A DNA stretch of 64,000 nucleotides from Lingula anatina (lineage: Eukaryota > Animalia > Brachiopoda). Shown here piece by piece: positions 13,419 through 38,845 of the stretch. The stretch's first letter is position 1. Each line of letters begins with the position of its first letter. The notes below the pieces were generated by a model. The model saw only the letters and a list, made by a program, of their open reading frames with translations, ran no database searches and was not told the DNA's origin. The stretch is from contig CM120640.1 of the NCBI GenBank assembly GCA_051362555.1, forward strand, positions 37,963,967 through 38,027,966, read 5' to 3'. A program made the translations under genes and the position numbers.

Positions 13419-14999
13419 TGTGTATACGCATACTGTCTGCATGTGTAAGCCATAAATATCTGACAACTTTTATCTATGGTATACATGTACAGATGATAAA
13501 CATGTAAATTTCAAATATATATAATGTATTCTAAACTAGAATATTTAAGCTGCTATTATTCCTTCTTTCTATATCGATGTATGATACAACAATCAGTTTA
13601 ACAATTCTGTATGTCTAAAAAAGGGTCAAAGACCTTAAAAGGATGAAAAGGATAAACAGTTACTAGTATACACAAATAATTATCAAAATAAGCACACTCA
13701 AACAATCCTATTTATGAAACCCCAGGTTACTTATAAAATCTTCAATAACTTATTAACAGCTGATACAACAATAAAAATCGAAATCAATATCATGAATAGC
13801 CCAGGAAAAACACCTAACCACTAGAGTCTCACAACCACTGATTAATAAAAATGACATTTATCAAAAGCCAACAGTAAATGTCAATGCTTTAAATATCACT
13901 CTGTATGTAAAAGCAATATTCAAGAGTCTTGCTGGTTTACAATAAATAACTAAGGTAGATTAGCTTCCGAGAAAGTTGACATTGAAAGATATGTTCTACA
14001 TCCATCTTTCAGTGTGTGTTAGTTAGTATTACGCTGCAGACATGGAACCTTTATTAGGTTTTGCTACCTAAACTTAAGACTATCACAACCTATAGAGGAA
14101 GAACTGTATGTGAAATTAAAATCACCCTTTCTTTGCAGCATATGAAAATGAACACGTAAGCAGCTTATGAAATTGTTTAGAAAGTGCTCAAAACATTTCC
14201 CATGCAAATGTATACCAACGGCTGAACGCTTGTCTGGGTGGCCGAGACACAAATGTACCAAAACTCTTGTGTTTGTCTGCATATGGGCAATTATTCCAAT
14301 TACATCAGTTCTATGTGCTAGAGTGTGACAGAACCTTTAGATTGGGGCATCAAAGAGAGGTTGCTAAAAGGGACTCATACACTATACATACATTTTGACT
14401 AGCAAATGGCACTAGAACACCATGATGTTTATGGCTTACTATCTGAATGTTCATTTCTATTTATGTCATGTGATAAACAGCTGCCTTTAAAATTTAAATA
14501 AATAGTAATATCTTGTTGCTAATAGTAATTCATTCCTGCTGCAAGCTGAACTGGTGAAAATTTTAACATTCCCAGCAATGCGGAAAGGCCAAGCCTTCTC
14601 AGCATTGTAATGTAAGGACACTGGATTAAATTACGAAAAAAAATCACTATTTCTAGTCTGATTCTATAAATATGTTTATATTTTGCAATTTAATAATTTA
14701 TTACAAATATTATAATATTATTTCTGTCATTAAACCCATTTTAAGTACAACACTCGATCACCATTTCGTACATCTATGGGCACTCAATGACACAGTTAAC
14801 CCAGCTTAAATTTCAACAGGTCAAATATAAAGTAATGCAAAAAAGTATACTCAACTACCTGGTGTAAAATATCAGGTTGTAATCCGGATGCAATAAATAG
14901 TTCTGTAGCTTTAGCCCTTGTCACTTTCTGGTTGCTGTCAACGTCGCACATCTGAAACAGCTCATTGTAATACCGAAGCTCCTGATCACTTAGCTCCAT
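7453..14999 (-). CDS. REPS1: RalBP1-associated Eps domain-containing protein (REPS1/REPS2-like), 5' part. Coding exons 14859-14999, 9931-10054, 9579-9623, 9240-9297, 8190-8376, 7453-7642; gene continues beyond position 1
   Basis: Spliced translation [26 protein letters not shown]...ILHQ|[33 protein letters not shown]...KEIPLPVF matches the N-terminal EH-like region of REPS proteins and is followed by a Pro-rich region. All junctions are GT-AG with consistent phases. Confidence 0.88.
8598..8934. mobile_element. Kolobok-type MITE with TTAA TSD
   Basis: TTAA|AGGGATAATAACTCTTCGT ... ACGAAGAGTTATTATCCCT|TTAA. Confidence 0.82.
9371..9413. repeat. (TA)n microsatellite
   Basis: Direct reading. Confidence 0.95.
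10069..10129. repeat. (ATT)n microsatellite ~12 nt upstream of a REPS splice acceptor
   Basis: Direct reading. Confidence 0.95.
11403..12356. mobile_element. ~950 bp non-autonomous DNA element with 18 bp TIRs and an internal imperfect inverted repeat (~11493-11760 vs ~11815-12066)
   Basis: AATAGAGTCTTTTCCACG ... CGTGGAAAAGACTCTATT; internal TTCGGTACTTTTGTAGTATACCCCCC / GGGGGGTATACTACAAAAGTACCGAA. Confidence 0.78.
13377..13423. repeat. (TG)n microsatellite
   Basis: Direct reading. Confidence 0.95.
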
Positions 15000-15412
15000 G
15001 GCAAATACTGCTTGCTTCCAACTCTTACGTTTTCGTCATCTGAAAAGTAATATAAATATTCACATTCCTGATATTATGTGGAACATAACAATGCCCTGAT
15101 CAATGGGGATGGGACCCTCACATGGCCTCCATCTTGTATAAATGCCCGGATGTTGATGATTCTCCTCCCATTTTCTGTTGAGTTCAAATGAAATGTAACC
15201 GCCCTTCCTTTAGGCACAGAAAGAAAAAAATTACATCCTCATGGCACATGATACTGATCTACTACATACTCTGTGAAAAAATATTGATTTATTTTATACC
15301 CACAATTCTTAGTATTTGGCGCGGTTTCGTGCGCATGTCTTTGTTTCTCGTACCTCGATTGTCAACAATTTTACGATTTTTTGCATAATTAACAACTGAA
15401 ACCGTAGCAAAA

Positions 15413-28875
<13,463 letters not shown>

Positions 28876-29484
28876 TGAAGTGAAAATTTTACTGCTGCTG
28901 ATGTCAGACATTTAAAATTGATTTGATATGTAAAAACAGGAAGATTGGTCAATTTTTGAACAGTGTTGGATGAATTTTTTTCCTGGAAAACGTGGACTTT
29001 TTATCTTGAGTATGCAAGCTTACAAAATACATTAGGACTAGATGTAATAGTACTATTTGATCGTCCTTGAAGCTGATACTGCACAACTTATAAGATATGG
29101 TAAAATGGATTGGATCTGTACATAGTAAAGCTTTAGTGAATAGAGTGAATGATCTGCGATTGTATGGATTTTTCTACCATGAAAAATAAAGATGGGGAAG
29201 TGTTATTGATAACTACGCTTCACTTAATTAAGTGAAAGAACCTTCTGCGAATGTATGAATTTTCCTACCATGTAAAATAAAGATGGAGAACCAGTTTTGG
29301 AGTATTATGTTTAACTTGATTGAATGTCGTCCTGTTTTTTGGGAAAGAGTCGCCAAGCGGACCAGGTATTTCTCATTGTGAGGAATGCGCTACGGTTCAG
29401 TTCAGTGCATGTTATTGAGAATGGTTGCCTCCGACCCCGCAAGTAGTGGCTCAACTGTGTGTATTGTGTTAATGTTGTCATAAT

Positions 29485-29650
29485 AGCTGTCCAATGAAAG
29501 CGGCGTACTGAGACACACCTCCAGTCATGGGTCGCTGATTGGTCAATGTAAAAGGGGCTGTGTTGCTTCCAGTATAAATCGCTGGATGGAGTAAATATAA
29601 TATTTGATATACTGAAGAATCGAAAAACAGTCGCCATTGCTTTTAAGGTA
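29485..29650 (+). promoter_or_regulatory. Probable UCP promoter and non-coding first exon: CCAAT (~29491), inverted CCAAT GATTGG (~29537), TATAAAT (~29573), splice donor AAG|GTAATC (~29648)
   Basis: Motif order and spacing upstream of the UCP coding exons; acceptor sites end at 30440 and 30650. Confidence 0.5.
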
Positions 29651-30671
29651 ATCTTTTTTTACAAGTTTGTTCACACAGTTAAAAAAACGTTGATTTGATG
29701 CTGGATTTCTTTAGTGTTTGGCCAACCTACGTGCTTTGGGACTCCGTCTGGTTTTTTAAATAAATCCAGGTAAGTGTTACAGATTTAAGTGAAAGAAAAC
29801 GGGAAAGGTACGATAACTTTATCTGAACAATTCACGCTTCTCAGAAAGTGTCCTAATGCAGCCTTGCACCAAAATTTTATGGAACCTATTCAATGACGGC
29901 TATTGTTTACCTTGTTTGTTTTACCCCTTTGTCAGGTGAAGAGGATAGTTTGGCTATAGCAGCGACTGAACCTATTGTCTCATTTCATACTGTTTACACA
30001 TTTTCTATTTCCGAATGATTAAAATGAACTTTGAACTTAGCATTTATACACTGCACGACAGTAAAATCTCAATACAGTTAAATGAGTGGGAAAGGTACCA
30101 TGAAAGGGATGTTGCTGGGTTGATACGATCAATTAAAGAAATGGACTTTGGACCGTATGTGGATCTCTATGTGTAATGTGTGTATACGTGGGGAAATAAG
30201 GCCAAGTCATCTGCCCTTGATGCATGGTTATTACCATAATTAACCTGGAATGTCACATTTAACTATGTAACTCTTATCATGTGAAAGACTGAGCTCACAA
30301 AAAATTTGGGAGCAGACTTGCAGTGTGAAAATATTCAATGCGCAGTTGTCAAGAATAACCTTCTCAAATATATGTATATATCACTAAGTCCTGTCTGTTA
30401 AAAAGACTATTAACATTCCCATCTGTGTTTACTTATACAGGTGTTTCCCGCCAGTTGTGGCGAGGCGTGACCCAAGCTAATGTCACTTCGATCTGCAGAA
30501 TCACTTATGTTTGTGCACGTTTTTGTTTTCATCACGGGAAAACTGATGTTTGATTTAAGCGAGCACAATTCCTACGCTGTTCATTATATCGCTTCAGTAC
30601 GCGTCGTTTTGTAGGTCTAAATGTTGTACATTTCATATTATATATTACAGTATTTTGGATAACTGGTAAAC

Positions 30672-33207
30672 ATGACTTCCGCGCCAAAGGTGCCTGAATT
30701 CACGCTGGGCACCAAGATCCTGAGTGCGGGCCTGGCTGCCTGCACAGCAGACGTGATCACCTTCCCGCTGGATATGGCCAAAGTTCGATTACAGGTAAGT
30801 TTTGGCTAAGAAATATCGAACTGTTGACAGTGATATGAATGTTTTATGGCCCGCTTCTCACGAGTTTCGTTTGTGCGTTTTTAAGTAGTTTGATAATAAT
30901 GTAAACAGCAATACATCATCATAAAACACGTCATTGGAAGCGCATAATGCCGTATACTGTGTTTTTCTTCATTCATTAAAAAAAAATTGTATTCCTAAAA
31001 CATTTCTAGATCCAAGGAGAATCGTCCTTAATTTCTGCCTGTGGTGCGCATTTGGCCGGCGCCCCTCCGAAGTACCATGGCGTCTTCGGGACTATTAGAA
31101 CTATAGTGATACACGAAGGTGCCCGGGGACTGTACGGCGGACTGGTCGCAGGACTTCAACGACAGATGTGCTTCGCCTCTGTGAGAATAGGACTTTATGA
31201 TCACGTGAAAGGATATTACCACAGTTTCTTCAATCGTTAGTACTTTTAGCAGTCACAGACTGCTTATTTCAAAGTGTAAATGCAGTAGAATTTTGAGCCA
31301 GATTTGCAAAATTATATAATTATAGTGAAGATTTATCGTTTCTATATTAAAAGGATTCGGGAATATCTTTATAATTGTGGTGCTTATCCTACTCTCATCA
31401 AAATGAGGGGGGGGGGGGTGTTATAATAAATTTATCTTGCAAGTGGGTACATACGGAGACGCAAAATTACAGGGTATGCGTCAACGCTGTATGAAGCATT
31501 CGTGAAATTGTCCTTGTAGGTCCAGTCAGCGAGCCACACATTGGGATCCGTATTCTGGCCGGTGTTACCACAGGTGCGCTGGCCGTTCAGTTTGCACAGC
31601 CTACAGACGTGGTGAAAGTGCGCATGCAAGCGCAAGGAAATGGTGTGCTCCCGAAGCGCTACGACAGCGCGTTTTCTGCGTACAAAACCATAGCCAAACA
31701 AGAAGGGATACGAGGTTTATGGAAAGGTTCGTTTTGAAGTAGATTGGATTATCTATTGGTTTATCCCCTCCCACACCAACCTGAGAAAATCACAAAGAAG
31801 AAAAAAAAAAAAAAAGGTTTTTGAAGTAAAGTACTTTCTGGTTTAAACATACGATTTACAAAACTTCTTCTTTCGAAACACAATACATCACAACGAAACA
31901 TGTTTTAGTCACCGGAATAACCGGAAAAAGTTAACTTTCTAACGGCATTAAAACTTTTTAATCAGTAGAGACCACGAGCTGGTTAAATGCCAGCCAAAAA
32001 GCTAATACCCAGTGCAAAATTGCTCTTGGCTCTGTTCAGTCCCGCTGTCACGTTTCCCTTTTGTCACGGTTCAATTATTAATGATCCGTGTCGAATCACG
32101 TGCAGGATATTTCATCATCTTGTACGTTTGACTTATAAAAGACCAACATTATTCACGTTTAAACAGCTTATATACTCAATGTCATTATAAATTCATCAAG
32201 ATAAAGTATTAATTAATTAATTTATAGACTTTATATGGTATATTTAGAATGGATGGGAAATTGATATTAGAATGGATGGGAAATTGAATTTCCCCACTAC
32301 AGGCTTACTTCGTCTTTTATAATCTTTTTATCACCAAAAAGCCTATAGACTCTATGCATTACCCTAATTCCTCTTATCATTTCTTTTTTTCTGTATCAGG
32401 CACAATCCCCAACATGACCAGAAATGCGGTAGTGAACTGTTGTGAATTAGTGTCCTACGACATCATAAAAGAGAAGATCCTAGACTACGACTTAATGTCC
32501 GATAATATGCCTTGTCACTTCGTATCCGGCTTCGGCGCTGGTTTCGTCACAACTGTGATAGCCTCCCCCGTAGATGTAGTGAAGACGCGGTTTATGAACT
32601 CCGGCAAGGGGACGTACAGGGGCGCCTTCCACTGCGCCACCAAAATGCTAATGGAGGAAGGACCTATGGCTTTTTACAAAGGGTAACACACGGTTTAACT
32701 GAAGTGGGATTTTCATAAATACAATAATAATTACAATATAAAATGTGCAAAGCCGTCATACGCAGTGTTAGTTTGTAGGCAAGTATAAGAAAATGGTGCG
32801 CTTTTGAAGCGCTAGAGTGAACTGTCTCTACTCACAAAGTTCAAGTTTAAAAGCTAGGGCCTAATATTACACCATATTAGAAAAGATTGAAGACTACAGT
32901 TGCAGCTAACGGTGTACTTCTCCTTTTTTAAATAAATAAAAAAGATTCAGACACATTTATCGGACACTGAAAAAGGAACTTTTTAAACTACCACTCAAGG
33001 TATCGTGATACTAGACTATCACGTGTTTTTTTACTTATTTTCTGTCAATTTTTGTTATGGCATAAACGAGCTTCATTATTCTATTTCAGATTCACTCCTT
33101 CTTTCTTGCGTCTGGGGTCTTGGAATATTGCAATGTTCGTCTGCTTCGAACAGTATAAGAGGTTCATGTACAGAGCAAAAGCTTCTTCAGACAGTATGGC
33201 TGTGTAA
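30672..33207 (+). CDS. UCP2: Mitochondrial uncoupling protein, UCP2/UCP3-like (SLC25), complete, 318 aa. Exons 30672-30794, 31010-31235, 31520-31726, 32400-32682, 33090-33207
   Basis: Three carrier signatures ([33 protein letters not shown]), plus [21 protein letters not shown] and [16 protein letters not shown]. Exons sum to 957 nt in one frame. Confidence 0.92.
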
Positions 33208-36129
33208 CGTCAGATAAAACTCACCGACACCGTCATAAGCATTAGTGAGATATCAGAACGCCGATGGACTCTGTTCGAGCTGAATGTCATCCATAATAAA
33301 ACAAGCTGTCCTCACCCAGCTGTGACTTGTCTGCCGTAAGGCCAGAGGTCTTATAGAACGTCTGTGATATTAAAATATGTTTGATGTCTTATATAACATT
33401 TAATAAAAAAAGAAGAGAGAGAACGGGATGACCGTGAGCACAAACTAAACCAGTAGTGCAATTATGTAACATACAGTAATCACTGGTTATAAAAAATACA
33501 TATTGTTTAATACTAAGAAAGATTAACGAATTTAATATAGTATACAATAAAATGGTGCTGTAAACTATTTTAGGACCACAGAGAAAGAGGACAGTTACAC
33601 AGAATGATGACGGAAGCTTGTCAACTATTTGTGCATAAATTTTACCGCCACTGCTAATTCTCAGTTATAAAAATAGATACGGGGGGAATAATAATCAGTT
33701 TTATTGTATTAGTACCTTATATTTTCGCATTATTAAACAATTTATAAAATGAAGAAATAATTAACAAAATATATTAAGAAATAAAAAGACGGCAATTGGA
33801 TCCAACGGTTCTCTGACTTATTGATTCCATTATGTCTCTATTATCGTAACGTCGTTTTATCAGTAAATATTATTATCATCATTCACCTCTACTGTTAAAC
33901 TTTATGGAAGTGGTGTATAACGGGGATGTTGTACTTCATGGTGGAGGATGCCCGTTTCATTTTTTTCTGGAATAAAGTGTATTTCAACATCAAGTGGACT
34001 TCCGTCACGTCTACATGTATTTGATCGTGAACATTCGTGAACAGTTTTAGCTACAACCCCTCACGTGTTGTAATTTGCATAACAATAAGTTGCTCATCGT
34101 AGTGAGAGCGGTATCCGAGGATACTCACTTGGCAGTTGGACACAGTTGGGCGTAGACGCAACAGTATGTGTGGTGAAGTTGCAAGATCGAGGTATTATAT
34201 AAGGCTTACAAGCAAATATTTGATTCGTAAGTATCACTACTTCTTCAGTAACCCCCACCATGAACTATTTAAAGGCACAGACAAATGAAAGAAAATTTAC
34301 GACAAATATTTATAAAATGATAATAAGGCGATTCTTTGTCATATTAATTATTTATACTCACCATTACTTAGAATATTTTGGTTTTGATAAAGTATTACAA
34401 TGCTGTTAGTCTGCAAACGTATGTAGTAAACGGCGCTCTCAGCTGACCTTAACAAAAACCTGTCTACTTGAAATCTTCAGCTCTCCTCTCGGACATATTT
34501 GGAAGACACTGGGTTTTTAAAAATAGCTTTCATTTAGATGTAAGAATTGCCGTAAAGAACACTTTCTACTTAATATCATATGCCCGTCACATATTTGAGC
34601 TTCTTATGAAAGGATATCGTGTACGTCATTTTTATGGACAAATTCTTTATACAACTGTCATCAACAAAATTCAAACGTCGCGATAACTCGTGACACAATG
34701 ATTAACAAAGAAATATTTTACGTAGAATAACTGTGTGGCGTCTCCAGCGTACTGTGTGTTGTACATTCATTACACGACCAATTATATTACAACTTTAAAA
34801 TGCATCAAAATTAGTGTTGCCTCCCCTCCGCCGCCCACTCGTGTTGCAGATCGATTATAGAAACATTTATAACATTTTAAACAGAAAGTGCATTATATTT
34901 TGAATAATGGAAATAGCAATGATTTTTTAACTTTATTAAAAAGGTTGTAATTCCAACGTTTCTTTTTTTAAAAAATTATTTTGAACAGTTTCTGGCAAGG
35001 TATCTCAAACTGTCATATTTCAGGTTATAATATTAGCGTTATATACCTTGCTTTTGGCAAATTTTATTTGGGGAGGCGGGAGGGGCGTGGGGGTAACTGG
35101 GTCGTAAATTAAGACACCAATAAAAGCACACATAATTCCCAACGTTAATGCCCTTTCCTCTGTGATATATCAAATGCAGTAGTTATATTTGGAGAGCCTG
35201 TCTAATATTCTCTCATTCCAGAAGCCCACCGAGATACAGCACAACATGCGCTGAAAGCGGCAGTCAGGTAGCCTTTGGTTCGTATTCAGGAACCCTACAC
35301 ACATTCATCTTTTATATCAAATCTGAATATATACTTTTATAATTGTACGCTTTTTCATTTTCATGTGAAATTATGATAAAGGTGGTAGAAATAGCAACAG
35401 GAGATAAGTAGTAAGATCATATATCTGACCTGTAAATATTGCCTCATTTTCTTGTCCTTGTTTCTTTGGATGATTCAAATTGAAATGTTTAAAAACTTTG
35501 TAAATATACCATGTATTTAAAAAATAATAGAATTAGAGCACTTGACCTGCCTTAACCCGCTAAAAGGAAATATATGTTTTCCAATGTGTACATTAATGAT
35601 CATGTTTTTTGTAAGTTTGTTATGTATTTTGGTCTAAGTTTCACTCTTATCCCTTGTAGCATATTCATTTGTCCTGCTGGATATCATATATTTTCTTAAT
35701 ATAGTACAGGACCACTTTTGACAGGTCCTGGTTTTTGCTGCCACAAATTGATTTGCATTTGATAACCTTCATGCTATTTTAAAAATTGAACAAAAATTCT
35801 GAAGTTTAGATCTAAATAACAACAGTTCAAATTTACCCAATTAGGCATATAATATGTATTCTGATGGAATTAAATTGAAAATTTTCAATTCCTGTTCCAT
35901 GCAAAAAGGTTTCCCAGTTCAAAGTGATATTTGAAATGTTTTGTTTCCTTGCATTCATGGAACAAATTTAATATTTCAAATAGTCTCAAATCTGCAATAA
36001 ATTATGTTATGAAGAAGGCCTTGTTAGTTTGTTTGTTTGCTTGCTCTTTGACACCCCTTTTCCTCATTTATTATATGCAAATTTAACTACTATTTTATTG
36101 CACATTTTTGATGATTAGTTTGCACTTGC

Positions 36130-36865
36130 CCCTAAACTGAATGGATTGTAACAACCTGGCACCCATCAATTCCCATTGATTCACTCCAACTGTCAACTTT
36201 TAAATCAAATGTACTTGTTCACCAGGTCACACCTCAATAAGCGTGAACTCCTGCCATCTAACATCCCTAGAATTTGATTGATTCTTGTAAATCTGTCCCC
36301 CATCTGATGGAATGGACTGGCCCAACCTTCAGCCAATAAAATGAAATGGGCTTGTCCAAAATGACACCCCTCATTCAAATATCATATTTCCCACCTCTCA
36401 GCCCCAAAATTAAATGGGCTCTTCCTACCTGTCACCTTTGAAATGGAATGAACTTGTCCTACCTGTACCCCCTACAAATTAAATGGACCAGCCACATCTG
36501 TCATCCCTAAATGGTTTAAATTCTTCCTACCACCCCTTCAAATACAATGGACTCTTCCCACTTAACAGCCCCTTACTTAAATGGACTCTTCCCATCTGCT
36601 CCATTAAAAAGAACGATCTTTCCCAACCTGACCCCTCAAATGGAATGAACTTGTCCAACCTGACACCCCTAGAATTGAATAAACTTATCCTACCTGTACC
36701 TCTTTGAATAAAATGGACTATTCCTACCTGTCCCCCCCCCTTTAAATAGGTCTTTACCGACCTGACACCCCTGAAGTAGAATGAATTTGCCAAACCTGAT
36801 ACCCCTACAGTTGAATGGACTTGCCTTACATGTATCCCCTTTGAATGAAAGGACTCCCCATGCCT
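36130..36865. repeat. Degenerate minisatellite, unit ~35-40 bp (consensus like AATGGACTTGTCCAACCTGACACCCCT)
   Basis: Recurring AATG(G/A)ACT...CCTG(A/T)C..CCCC motif over ~730 bp. Confidence 0.65.
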
Positions 36866-37755
36866 ACTCCAGCAGTTGAGGGGCATATTGATTGAAGCAT
36901 TAAGAAAATGATTTTTTTCTATAAAAGCAATTATATGCTTTGCTACAACATTCCATATATCATCGTATATTACTCAATTCATCTGTACAGTTTTTGCGAT
37001 AGGAAGGTAAAAGAATTAGCTATGCCAAAAGAAATCATTAAATTTCCCATAATAAATTATACAAACAAAAACACAGATATTGTAGCTCTTTTTAATCATA
37101 ACAGCCTATGATCAGAAGCGATTAATATGTTTTGAAAATGTACTTTGTAAAAGGTTAAAAAAATCTATGCCAAAAGTGAATTACATTAAATCAAAATATT
37201 ATAAAATAAATAGCAAGTGAACACGAGTAAGCAAGAAAAATACATGTATACAAAAGACACTTATATTATATATAAATTCACAGCCTATGATCAGCAGCAA
37301 TTTTTAGTTGTTACTGTTCTTAAATTACATTATAAGATCAACCAAATAAAATCAGCTGAGTGTCTCTCAGCAATAGTCTACATGATACTGTGCTTAGATA
37401 GAATCCTATTCCACTGGAGATTATCAAAATATTATGTTCCTGAACCTTGTGACATGTGGACACTGCATTCTTCTTCCACGCTAATAAGAACCTTTATAGC
37501 TGAAACAGTGAAAATGAGTTATTCAAATGGATTCAATGTTAAGTAAAGCATGATTATTCTTTGATTATACTTTATATGTTTGACCTTACCTAATAATAGA
37601 AGAGAAAATCTAAAACCTTTCTTTAATTTCAAGTTGGCAGCATACAGTACTCATATACTGTTTACTGTTTACTACATGTATATAAATGACGTAGATGTAT
37701 TTCATTGTGTTCATATTTCTTACCTTGTCCACATCTTAACAGTAACATCTGGCCT

Positions 37756-38791
37756 TCAAAATACCTGGAAACACAAACAATAGATTTACAAATAGTAATA
37801 AATTATTATTGAAAATGAACCTTTCTTGATTAGAATATATAAAGTTGAGAAATGGATGACCTGTCATTTGAATAAAAGTTTAAATTTAAAAAATCTAAAA
37901 GGTCCTATGATATGAAAAAACAAAACTTACCCTGATTCCTAGCTTAAACCTCTTGGGTGCAGATACTGGAGGATCAATCACTGTCGGTGTGCAACATCTC
38001 TGACCACTATCCAAATCATATGACCTCTTTTGCTGGAAACCTCTTTTTGGAGGTTCTGAACCATTCAATATAAGAGCTTCAGTGTCTGGCTGTGAGGAAT
38101 ACCCACCAGGTGGCAGCACTGGCTGCAGTGATGATGCACCAGGTAGCAGCACTGGGCGTGAGGAAGACACTCCAGATGACAGCATCATTGTGAACATGAC
38201 CCCTTTATCATTATCTCCTGTTTTCTTTCCTCCTCCAGTACCTCTCTGCTGATCAGAATCACTGCTACTCTGTCTTCTCAGCTGTTCCCTTTCATACTCA
38301 ATATTGGTGTTCTTTATCTTGCCTCCTCCTCCTCCTCCTCCTCCACCTCCTCCTCTCCTTTCTGCAGCCATCTGACGGTTTTCCATTATTTGAACCTGCA
38401 AATATTTTATAAGTATGTCAAACTTTCTACTGACAGCTATGAAGTCTAAGGTTGATACATATGTCGACAGGATATCTTTAGATGATTAAAACAGTAATGC
38501 AAACAAATACTGGTTGGATATACTGGTATATATAAACCTTATTCAGATATATAAGTCTAACTTGAACTTAAATGCCAGCCATTTAATTATTTATATGCTC
38601 TCTTTCAAATATATATATATATATATATCAGGCCTGTAGCCAGCAATTTCAAAAGGGTGGTTCTTTTTCTGAAAAAGTGGACCTTTTCGCATAAAAACTT
38701 CATGTACCTAGATCAAATTTTACCCAGAGTGGACCTTTTCCTAGCAAAAGGGGCAGTTCTTTTGAACCCCCCCCCCCCCCCCGCTACAGGC

Positions 38792-38845
<54 letters not shown>

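Noticed and set aside
34265-34800. TTAAAGGCACA... resembling a Kolobok left end
   Set aside because: No convincing matching right TIR was found.
36527-36886. 119 aa minus-strand ORF
   Set aside because: It lies in the degenerate minisatellite and has no splice context or recognisable homology.
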